Positions 26,788 through 44,439 of a DNA stretch of 64,000 nt are shown piece after piece (position 1 is the stretch's first letter; each line of letters begins with the position of its first letter). The DNA comes from Octopus sinensis. Taxonomy: Eukaryota. The position numbers and the translations under genes are program-made. Location of the stretch: assembly GCF_006345805.1 (NCBI RefSeq), contig NC_042999.1, forward strand, positions 74,400,001 through 74,464,000. Reading direction: 5' to 3'. The notes under the pieces are model-generated. The model made no database searches. It was not told the origin of the DNA and was given only the letters and a program-made list of their open reading frames with translations.

Positions 26788-27517
26788 AAAGTAAAGGCTA
26801 TTTGTGAACATAATGTGGCTGTCCTGTAAAGGACAATGTTACTGTTGTTTTAGCCCCAAGAAACATGGTTTTTAGCTGGCTATACGACACATCAGTGTTG
26901 TTGTATTTTAGAATAGGGAGTTCAGCACTCCCACCTAGCGCAAAACAACATCTGTGGACTTTATCAACACAGAGTAGCTGCTTGGCCAGATTTCGTTGCT
27001 GAACCCACCATACGAATATATAGTTTTCAAAGTGACACACAGTCACTGATCTAAAAATAGGAATATTATTTCTAAATCTCTGAAAAAGAGACATTAGTGG
27101 CAGTTCTTTAAAATAAAGGCCATTTACCACCATAATGTAGCTGTCCTGCAATGGACGATGTTACTCTTGTTTTAGCCCCAAGAAACATCATTTCTAGCTG
27201 GCTATACGAAATAATATCTGTGTCATGTGTCACTTTGAAAACTATATATTTGAATGATGAGTTCTGCAATGCCATCTGTGTTGATAAAGAGCAATAACCC
27301 AGAAACTAGTCCACAGATGTTTTGTGCTAGGTGGGAGTGCTGAACTCCCTGTTCAAAAATATAAGGACACAGATATTGTGTGATATAGCCAGCTAGAAAC
27401 GATGTTTCTTGGGGTTAAAGCAACAGTGACATAGACCTTTACAGGGGATGATGTTACTTTTTTTAAAGAACTGTTACTGAATGTCTCTCTTTGAGAGATT
27501 TAGAAATAATAATATTT
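26788..27517. repeat. 322-bp tandem repeat followed by an inverted copy (long imperfect palindrome)
   Basis: Unit starts at 26787 and 27109. 27226-27445 is the reverse complement of ~26820-27040, and ~27463-27517 of ~27060-27112. Confidence 0.9.
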
Positions 27518-28766
27518 CTATTTCATATTTTACTTTGCATAATATATATTATTTTCAGGACATCCATACTTTTGGCATGGGATAGCTTAAATTGCTTTTA
27601 ATTGTTAGCAGTTGAAACACTACATCCTTTAAGACTTCCATACTTCCTGAAATCCACCAACAGTACACCTGATGCCCCACCACCTATGTTTCTTCTTTTT
27701 CTTTTTCTTCTTTAAGACTTTTATCACTGTTCTCTTCCTGTGCATATTCTGCTTACTGTTCATGCCGTTTTGGTTACTTTTTCTGATGAGTTATAGTGCA
27801 CCTGAGCACTGTATATAATTCTTTTGTTACATATTTCATTACATGCTTAATGATAGTAAAATAAAAATGGCACACTTTTATTCAATCACATTTTTCATTT
27901 CTGTTTAAAATATGCTTAAGATATAGTAAATGTATCCTCTTCCTGGTTGTCGTTGTTGTCATCATCATCATTAACCTCAGCATCACAACTACCAACACAT
28001 CACTATCATTTAACATATGTCTTCTGTGGGGACATGGGGTGAGTGGTTTTACAGGATCCAATGAGTTAGATGATTGTATTGTACTCCAATGTCTGTTTGG
28101 TATTGTTTCGATCTATCTGTATATATTTGTTTGTTCCTAGGATCATGGTCAGTCTACTTAGAATAAGGAATCCCAAGTTACAGGAACATTCTATGTGTGT
28201 GTATAAAAATGTTTTCATACTTAAATATATATTGTTTTAGCATTTAATTAGGAAACAGTGGTGAGTAAAAATTCTGTAAATAACAAGCATTTACCATGTA
28301 TTGGCTATAGAAAATAGTCCAATATTGGGGAATATAAGACTTTGATGGAAAAAATGGGTATTAGCATGTGTGGGAATTGAACTCATAACTTTAGCTTTTT
28401 GTGATAAGTGTGTTGATCGATTACACTAACTTACCCACCAACTTCGTTCTGTTAGATTTAAGAACTATAATTTCATGATGTTGTATAAACAAATATGTGC
28501 TTGTTCTGCGTTAGATTAAGAAACAGTGATGAGGGAAAATTCTGTAAATAATAATTATAAGCGTTCACTATTTATTGGCTATAGAACATAGTCTAACATT
28601 GGGGCATATAAGCCTACATGTACTACATGTACTAGTACCCCTTCTTTGCCATTGAGAGCTTATATGTCCCATAATTAGATATAATTAGACTATTTTCTAT
28701 TGCAAAAACATGGTGAAGGCTTCTAAGCTTAAAGCTTATAATTGTTAATTACAGAATTTATACATG

Positions 28767-28828
<62 letters not shown>

Positions 28829-29165
28829 CAAAAGAATGAGACTGCGATATTAGATAAATAGAGGATTATTTATATATGTTATAATCTAGAACAAATAGTA
28901 AAAAGTTGTCATTATAGTTCTCGGAGTTTTGAATGTCAGAGTGAAGAGATACGATGCATTCTCATCAGTTTTTAATGGTGAAAGATGCTATGAAAATCCG
29001 TTGAATAAAAGAGAAGTTGCTCTAATTGGTAGAAAAAGAAAAAAGATAAAGAATGCATGCAACCATACTATCATAATACATAGACATAAACCTCCTGTGT
29101 TCAAAATGTCTACATACGTACACACTCACAAGCACACATGTATACGTACATGCAAATACACACAG

Positions 29166-29202
<37 letters not shown>

Positions 29203-29379
29203 TATACATGTCTGTGTGTATTTGCATGTACGTATACATGTATGTGTGTGAGTGTGTACGTATTAATTATCTTTTTTAATAATTTGATATATTTGAATAA
29301 TATAAATTAATTAATCTTATGTATTGGCTTAAGTTTTTCATTGTATGATTTACCTAATAGTGGTTTTATCTCTAATTTA

Positions 29380-29415
<36 letters not shown>

Positions 29416-29424
29416 TGATTGATT

Positions 29425-31660
29425 GATTGATTGATTCTAGTTTCAGCTTATGAGCTGTGGCCATGCTGGGGCACCGCCATTTGGTGTTGCTACTTGGTTT
29501 CACTTCATGGAGGCTTTCTAGCAACTGCTATTTGGTGCATGAGAGAGTTCGATGCAGCTGCCCTCATCTGCCCCTCCTGCCGTGAAGTTGGTTCATCTGG
29601 GACACCTGACAGGAAGAGATCCAGCTTCATTTTAAAGACATCTGTATCCACCCCATGCAGGTCTCTCAGGTTCTTCGGGAGGATATTGAAGAGCTGTGGG
29701 CCTCGGAAGCCCAGGCTATCACAGAATCTTGTCCTACATCTTGATGGCAGGTTTGGAGTCCTAGGCACCACGCAGTGGCGCCCAGTTCTGGCATTTGCGT
29801 AACTCTCGATGCCAAAGTTCAGGACACTTCCCTCCAGGATCTTCCAGATGTATATTATGGCATATCTTTCCCGCCTATGCTCCAGGGAATATAATTTTAA
29901 TCTCTTGAGTCTTTCCCAGTAGCTTACATTCTGCATAGAGGCTATCTTCTTTGTGTAGCTTCGTTGGATCGCCTCAAGTTCTGTGATCAACTTGACACTG
30001 GATGGTGACCATAGCTGAGAGCAATAGTCAAAGTGGCTTAGGACAAGTGTCTTCCAGAGGACCATCATGGTTTCTTGTTCTCTTGTTCTAAAGGTTCTAA
30101 GAATCCATCCAGCCAGCCATCTACATTTCATTGTCAGTTTAGCAACATGTACATGAAAGGTCGCGTCATCACTCATGTGAATACCCAGGTCACGCACTGA
30201 TTGTGCCTCTGGGATTGCAATCCCTCCGGGTCCAGTGTATTCATTGGGTATTGCATTCAGTTTTGCATGCTGATAGTATAAAGCTTGAAACTTTCCAGCA
30301 TTGAACTGCATGCTATTCTTTTCAGCCCACTTGTATATTTCGTCCAGCTCACATTGCAGGTGTTTAGTGTCCCCAGGGTTCTGTATTGCCTGTGAAACTT
30401 TTGTATCATCTGCATAACTTGTGATCGTGGCTCTCTGCGTGGCTGGGGGCATGTCTGAGAGGGCCATTATGAACAGTAGTGGTCCCAGAACAGTGCCCTG
30501 CGGAACACCGCTCACTATTTGTGTGTTAATGGAGGTGGCCCCATTGGCTACTACCACCTGACTTCTATCCTTCAGAAAGTCATGAAGCCATTCTCCCAGT
30601 TTTCAACTATGTTGAGATCACGCAGTTTGTGACATATCATTCCATGATCGACTTTATCAAAGGCCTTTGCAAAGTCGAGATATATCACTTCCACATTTGA
30701 GTGGTTGAGCAGCCGTTTCAGCACCCAGTCATAGTGTTGTAGGAGCTGAGTTAAACAGCTTCTCCCTGGTCGGAAACCATGTTGGGTGTCGGGCAGCAAG
30801 TCATTCTCTTCAAGGAAGGTGATCAGCTTCCTTCTGACTATTCGTTCCATGACCTTGCTGATGTGTGAGGTCAGAGAGATAGGTCTATAGTTCTTGGCTT
30901 CCGCTCTGCTACCTCCTTTATGAATGGGGCATATTTTACCTTCCTTCAGTTTTCCTGGAAGTTTGCCAGCTGCAAGGAAACTCTGAAAGAGGAACTGCAG
31001 TGGTCTTGCTAGGACTCTCTTACATGCTTTTAGGAGGATTGCCGGGAATCCATCGGGGCCAGTAGCTGAGTCTGTTTTCATTTCATCTATAGCCTTGGTT
31101 ACATCGTCTTCCTTTATATCGATGTAATCTATCGTCGCCGCCTCTGATTTTATATCTGCAGTGGTAAAAAGTCAGTTGGATTGGTGATTTGGAGATGCCC
31201 AAGGGGTGGAGTGAAAACACTCTTGAATTGCTCATTCAGTATTTCACTTACCCTCATTGGTTTTCCTGTAAGTGTGCCATCCTTTTCGAGGAGTGGCCCT
31301 ATTCTACAGTGCACTGTAGCTGTTTCTTTGGCATACCTGTAGAAAGCTCTGGGGTTAGATTTTATGTTTTCTATAGCCCAGGCTTCTTTGTCTGCTCTTT
31401 CTTTTTCATGGGAGAGTTGCAGACATTTTTCGATTTCCAACAGTTTTATTTTTAGGCGGGACTTTTCACTGCTTTCAATCTGTTTGTTTAGGCGATTTGA
31501 AAATTTTGTACGCCGTCTCATTAAAATTTTCCTCTCTCTGGGGATTTTGTTCTTGTGTACAGTGGCCTTTCTCTCTGGGACACATTTGTAGCATATGGCT
31601 TGCATTACAGACATGAATTGTTGAAGTTTCACGTCGATGTCTGAAGTTTCACGTCGATAT
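29425..31660 (-). mobile_element. 5'-truncated CR1/L2-group LINE with a largely intact RT (frameshifted)
   Basis: ORFs 31150..31719, 30572..31081 and 29505..30557 with GPDG, QHGFR, YLDFAKAFD, GVPQGTVLGPLLF and YADD. (ATCA)n tail; flanked by (TA)n. Confidence 0.93.
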
Positions 31661-31799
31661 ATATATATAATGAACATATATATATATATATATAATGAAT
31701 ATGTGTACCTCATCCTCATTTACACATAGGTGTTTACATGCTTACAGGTAACATTATACATATATATTTTGACATCTATACATATAAATATACATATAC

Positions 31800-31830
<31 letters not shown>

Positions 31831-31939
31831 CAGACATGCATTTACACTCCCGCATACATGCATATACATACATATATATATAAGAATAGCCTAGGCAAAG
31901 TTATGTAGGAGTTGTGAGTATGTGCTGTTGCTGACAAGG

Positions 31940-32290
31940 CACAAGTTCTTGGCTTCATCAGAAAAAAGTGCCATTTAAAAAAAAAATTTATGTTTTAATG
32001 TCTTTTTTCAGTTGCTGTTGAAAAGTGATAAAGGACTTATGAAATTTGGTTTTGTTTATAAGCTTCAGTAGATCTGTTTCGGAGCCTTCTAAGTCATTGA
32101 TTTGGGGAGGGAATTTCTTTGATTTAATTTCATGGTATATGTTCTCTGTGATAGACTCTTCATTGTTGTAATGGAAGGCCTTCCATCTCATACAGTTAAT
32201 AAGATCTGTAATTTTCTCCACTAGTTTTTTAGACTATAGTTCCCTGGATGGTATAGGAAGTTTTCATTGAGTAATTGATAGTGTAAGGAT
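31940..32290 (-). mobile_element. Penelope-like element RT N-terminal fragment
   Basis: ORF 31988..32221: EKITDLINCMRWKAFHY..FQQQLKKDIK. Motif recalled from Penelope-like elements; not database-checked. Confidence 0.55.
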
Positions 32291-32698
32291 CCATATTAGA
32301 TTATATATCAAGGGTAAAGACCCCCTTCGGTTATGAATGACCATGAGATTATAACTAGAAAGTTATCCTCCAAAGCACAAGTCCAGGCAAGGTTGTTTAT
32401 GGAAGACCTGCAGTCTACCATACATACCAGCCGTGACCGATTTTATTTAAGGGAAAAGCAAAAGTCACTGGAAAGGTTGTGAATGGCAATTTAAGAACTT
32501 TGCCGAACAAGAAATTACAACCCCACCCACAAAAAGCTAAAAAAAGAACACCAATTGACAGTTTAACCAACAAGTTAAACAAATGCTCGATTAGTGAGAT
32601 AGATATTTAACCAATTGACTAAGAATAAAGAGTGGAATTGGACTGGTGCATATGTTATTAATATTGGTGTAATAACTATCCTTAGACACAATAATATA

Positions 32699-33972
32699 TT
32701 AGGTTGTCAAGAAAGTTCTTGCAGTTTTTAACCTTTAGATTCAGATGCACATATCTCAGCTCAAACAAAACTTTATTAATCGAAATAAACACCATCAGAA
32801 TCAACACTTTGCCAACGTTAAGCAAGTTTATTTTTGCCAGTAGCGTAAAAATCCTGCGTTCTGGTGGCGAAGATGTTATTGAAGGCGTGTTTGGCATCGT
32901 CTTGGTTTTTGAAGCATTTTGAAGTTGTTGAGATGCTTGAAAAAGTGGTAGTCGGTAGGCGAGAGGTCTGGTGAGTATGGCGGATAAGGCAGAGTTTCGT
33001 AGCCCAATTCGTTCAACTTCTGCAGGGCCATTTGTGCGATGGTGGCTGAGCATTGTCATGGAGAAGATTTGGTCCTTTTCTATTGACCAATGCTGGCTGT
33101 TGTCAGAGTTTCTTATGCATTTCATCCATTTGCTGACAGTATTTCTCCACCGTAATGATTTCGCCTGGATCCAAAAAGGTGTGATGGATGTGAGCAGCTG
33201 CAGACCACCAAACAGTCACCATGAACTTCTTTTGGTGCAACTTTGGTTTCAGGAAGTGCCATGGAGTTTCATCGGTGTCCAACCACTGAGCTGAGTGCTG
33301 CCGGTTGTCATAAAGAATCCACTTTTTATCGCAAGTCACAATCCAGTTGAGAAACAAGTCGCTGTTGTTGCGTAAAAGAAGGGAAGACGACAATTCAAAA
33401 CGACATTTTTCTTTGGTTGTTGTTCAATTCGTGTGGCACCCATTTCTCAAGTATTTTTGTTTTTCCAATCTCTTTCAAGTGGTTGGAAATTGTCATATAC
33501 GTTACGTCTAATTCAGAAGCAAGATCTCGAACAGCTGTGCGTGGATTGGCTTCCACTAAAGCTCTTTGTTGATCGTTGTCAACATCCAATGGCCGACCAC
33601 TACGCTTATCATCTTCAAGACTCTCGTCACTGCTACAAAATTTCCTGAACCACCATTGTGCTGTACATTAATTAGTGGTTCCTGGGCCAAATGCATCGTT
33701 GATATCGTGAGCTGTTTCAGCAGCATTTCAACCTAGCTTGAACTGGAATAAGAAAATTGTGCAAATTTGCTTTTTGTCCATGTTGTATTCAACATTCCAG
33801 AAACAAATGGCCTAATAATTCAAAAAGAAAAATAGTAACATGATTAGATAGAGCGAAAAGAAGGCTTTAAAAGGATATATAAAGTCAAAGTAATTTTAAC
33901 GAAAATTAATTTGAAAATACATCATTTAAAACCAAAATTAAAAATTCCGCAAGAACATTCTTGACAACCTTG
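32699..33972 (-). mobile_element. Full-length (~1.27 kb) degenerate mariner with TIRs
   Basis: TIRs AGGTTGTCAAGAAAGTTCTTGC and GCAAGAACATTCTTGACAACCT; KWVPHEL, VTCDKKWILYDN, MVTVWWS and DIAPTDYH-like motifs. Confidence 0.9.
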
Positions 33973-36344
33973 GAAGTTACCTGTCCAGCAATTGTACTAT
34001 TCAGAGATATCGAGAAAAAGATCAGCGTAGCTCATAGTGCTTTCAGAAAACTCTCAAAGTGAGTCTTCCCAAACCCTGACCTCACCTTCCAAATGAAAGT
34101 CATGCTATTCTGGGCTGTCATTCTTTCCATAATTCTTTATTGTTGTGATATGTGAGTTTTTTATTGATGTGACTTGAAGAAAATCGAACATTCTCAACAG
34201 CACAAACTTTGTGCAGTCATGAGGATTCGATGGAAGAACTATATCATCAATGGAGAGGTACTTTTCTGGGCTGGATTACCATGCATTAAAGCTACCATGG
34301 CATAACACCACCTCCACTGGTAATACATATGCCTCAAATGTGCTTTTCCTGTCAAGTCCTCTTTGTGGAGTTGGTCTCATGCAAAAGATGACATGGAGCT
34401 TCCAAATTCTGTTTCCTTCACCAGCTCAAGGTAACTTTCTCCACTGCTCCATTGACCCAAATATGAAGGAGAAAATCACCAAGGATCGCCCAAAGTAGCT
34501 GTATGTCATCATCAAAGGAATGGACCAGATGAGAAATAACAAATGTTAACAGGCAGAGATCAGACGTCAAAGACACAAAGAATAACCTGCATTTCCTCAT
34601 CCTCTACCAACCCTCGCCTATTTTAAATACCCCTGGCTCTTCTATAACACCCTTGACCTGAACTGCCACCTCAGGCACCAGCATCCTCTGTACCCATCAG
34701 GACGAAGAGGCACAGTTACTTGCTATAGATTAACTGCTCGAATATGAGTTAATACTGCTGCTGATGATATATAAATGTATGCCTGTGTGAGTGTGTGTAG
34801 ATCCTCATCCTTTAATGTCTGTCTTCCATGTCAGCATGGGTTGAATGGCTTAACAGGTTCCAATGAGCTGAAGGACTATGCTGAGTTCTAATGTCTGCTT
34901 TGGTATGGTTTCTGTAGCTGGATGCCCTTCCTTATGCCAACCTTTTTAAGGAATGAACTTAGTGCTCTTCGCATAACAATCCAGTAGACAGATCATCAGG
35001 TAACTTGTAATACAAAGGAAATGAAGAAATCCTCTCAACAGTTGATTGCAGTTATACAAAGGGGGAATCTGGTTTTATGCCAGGTGTTCAGAGGCTAAAG
35101 CATGATTGAGGGATAGGCACATGTATCTTACTATAGAAGAGATACATGGCTACCTCCCATTATATAGGAGTGAGTGGGAGTAGTTGGAAAGATGGGAGAA
35201 GTGTTGATGGTGAGTTATTGAAGCATTGTGTCAAGGTACAAGAAGGTGAGTATACAAGAGAATATGGACAGGAATGGGAACATGAAGCTGGATAAGTTCA
35301 TTGGTGTGTGAGAGAAGAGTGACAGATGGTTAGGGATGGGAGTAAAGGTTAATGTAAATGATGTACAAGTGTGGAGGTGTGGTTGATGGTAAATATTAGT
35401 ATGAGGGAGAAAGTGAAAGAAATAACTCAAGAAGGGGAGATAGTAAGTGACAGTACAGGAAGCATGTGGTGAGTAGTAATAGAAGCCTGCTGGTAGATCA
35501 GACAAGGGAGAGGGAGAGGGAAGGACAGAGATAGAGAGATAGAGAGAGATGATAGCCATAGGTATATAACAATGGTCATAGTGTTAGAGAAGAGGTACAG
35601 CAGTTCTAAGATGTAACTCAAGGGAGAGGGAAAGATATATAGAAGTTATTTAGAATGAGGGATAGATGTTAAAGAAAGCAATTCCAGGAAGAGTGAGAAG
35701 TAACTAATTGCACAAAGGCAAAAAAATAGGGGCAGATTTTGTATAGTTATATAACTTCTGCAGCCCAATAGTACCATCGTTAGAGGAATGATAAATAAGA
35801 TGGGTGTTTGGAAAAGGAAAGACAGGGAAAACTTAACAGGGACAGACTGGGTTCAGGGAAAGGGCCCAGTGGGTGCATATATATAAACTTAATGATTATA
35901 GGACCTTATACTTTCACTGTGAAAGTTGGGTCATATTAAGCACAGTAAAACACCAACGATCTCAATCTTTTGTCACCTCCACCATGAGGTTCAATATCTT
36001 GAGATCAGCCTTCACTATTTCATCCCATGTCTTCTTCCTTCACAAATTCCATACACTTTAAATGATTGGCACTTCTTTATGTAGCTGCCATCATCTATAT
36101 GAATCACATGACTAAACCATTGTTTGTACACTACATCTGATTCTTTGTATATCCATTTTTTTCTCTCAACATATTTTCACTTTGTTGTATATGTACACTG
36201 ATGTTGCACATCCACTGGAGCATACTAACTTCATTCCTTTCTAGTTTTTGCATACCCTTAGCATTCAAGGCTCATGCCTCACCATTATGTAGCAATGCTT
36301 TTCATATATAGAAATATATATATGAAAGTTATATATAGTCAGGC

Positions 36345-42130
<5,786 letters not shown>

Positions 42131-42184
42131 ACAAGGATGTCAAATTTCTATAAATAGATGTATGTGATAGGTTAGTGTGATAGG

Positions 42185-42600
42185 TGGAAGTCAGAGAGGA
42201 GGAAAGAAGGTATAATGACATACATACACATGCACACACGTACATACACATGTGCGCATATGCATACATACATATACACACACACATATATATACATATA
42301 CATACATATGCATATACATACACGTGCATGCTCATATGCATCCACAAATGTATTCATACATGCATATGCATATGCATACATATACATATACATGCATATG
42401 CATACATATGTGCAGGCACATGCGTGCTTACACATAGTTACATGCATGTGCACATACAGGTACTTATGTATACATATATACACATACACACACTCACTCA
42501 TGTATATTTGTACATACATATGCATGTACATACACACACACACATATATATGTACATACATATACCCACATATACATACAAACATACATACATACATACA

Positions 42601-42634
<34 letters not shown>

Positions 42635-42700
42635 CATACATACATAAAAAACTCACACACACATTTACACACACACGTGTATCTACTTATATGTCCATAC
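42185..42700. repeat. Complex (TACA)/(TGCA)/(CA) microsatellite; source of several spurious H/I/Y/T/C-rich ORFs
   Basis: Direct inspection. Confidence 0.95.
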
Positions 42701-42769
42701 ATGTAGTATTAAATGAATGAGATCCTTAAAATAAGATAGGGGAGTTAAAAAATTAAAGATTAAAAATTA

Positions 42770-43210
42770 AAATGGAACCAGTTCTCATATGCTACTCATA
42801 TCTGCACTCAGTCTGCTTAGGAGGTTGTTGTGTTTTAGCATATGTGCTGCTTCTTTTAGTTTTCGTAGCAAACTCACCACACACCCCTTCAGGTAGGTGG
42901 CCCTGCTCGATCTGTAGAAAAGGTGTAGGTAGAAACTCCATAAGATGTACCCAGTGTAAGCTATGGACACATAAGAGTTGCCGCAATATCAAAGGAAAAT
43001 TAATTGAGAAGATAGCTTTCGTGTGTGGCGGATGCACAGGGCAATAGACACCATTAATACTCAGAAAACAGATTCTATTACACTCCTTGGGGAGAAACTA
43101 GAAGTAGTTGATAGCTTCTGCTACCTCGGTGACCAAGTCAGTAGCAGGGGTGGATATTCAGAGAGTGTTACCACTAGAATAAGAATAGCCTTGGCAAAGT
43201 TTAGAAAGCC
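42770..43210 (+). mobile_element. RTE-clade LINE fragment (Cys-rich insertion and RT thumb)
   Basis: GRWPCSICRKGVGRNSIRCTQCKLWTHKSC..EKLEVVDSFCYLGD. Confidence 0.85.
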
Positions 43211-44439
43211 TATTTGCATCTATTTTTCTGTCAGTTTGAATAGTGAAGTTTCAGAGGAGTGGGATGTGATCATTTTTAAGCACTGGAGGTGGTTTGTGTT
43301 CCCACCAGTTTTTATCATTGGGCAGGTCATAGTTTTTGCAAATTACCCAGTGAATATATCGTGCTGCTCTATGATGCCTGTTGAGATACTCTGTAGGTGC
43401 AAGAAGACTGCTCATGGAGACAACATGATCAATGGTTTCATTTTGTTGTTGACATACATGACATGTTTGTATATTGCTGTTCTTTAATATATTGACCTGA
43501 TAGTTCCTTGTAGGTATGCATTGATCTTAGATGCTATGATAAACCCTTCTGCTTCTGATTTTAAGCCAGAAGACACTAACCATTGATGGGTAAGGGCTTT
43601 GTCAACATCAGCACTATTAGCTCTCTATTATTATTATTGTTGTTGTTGTTGTTGTTGTTAATAATAATAACAATAATAATAATAATACCAAAGTAATACA
43701 CATACATTTTAATAAGCATTTTTATTGTATAAACATTTATGAAATGAGAAGGGATCCTGAAATACTTGTGGCCTTATATATGTATGTATATATTAATGTG
43801 TGTGCGCGTGTGTATCGTTAATGAGCATATAAATCTCTGAACAAGAAATATGCAATTTATGAACACATTATAAAGAACTCAGTGAAAAATACAAGAAATA
43901 TTGTCCTGATCAGAATACTGATATAGTAAGTCTCTATCATTTAGTACACTAAAATAAAAAAAACACATGACACATATTAAGATGCTTACTATAGGCATTA
44001 AATTATCAGGCCTGAGACATGTACATCTGAAATGAAATATGCTCTCTGAGCCAAATTATGTGACTCTTCTTACAGTGGTATTACACTAAGTACAAAAAAG
44101 GATATTTTAAATTATTTTAGTTATTTTTTTTTAGGGACAAATGTTATTTAGAAAACTGATTGCTGCTAAATATGGGTGTGCTAAAACTTTGATGGCTACA
44201 ATTGCATAATTTGGCTCTATTTGTATGTTTTTTGTTAAGGATGTTCAGGCATTAGGCAGATAATTTAATACCTAGCAATAAATATTTCAGTATATATAAT
44301 AAAGGTCTTATTTTTGTGTACTCAATTGGAAGTATGAAATACTTAATATATAAAATCTGTGGCTGAAACAATATTTTATAGCTTTTTCATTTGCCAGAAG
44401 GAAAGCTAGGAGACAGGATTATTTAGCCAGAGGGGAAGC

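Noticed and set aside
31900-31965. CTGATGA on the minus strand beside the Penelope-like fragment (similar motifs near 13300, 27784 and 34660)
   Set aside because: The GAAA box or stem II is not intact, so a hammerhead cannot be supported.
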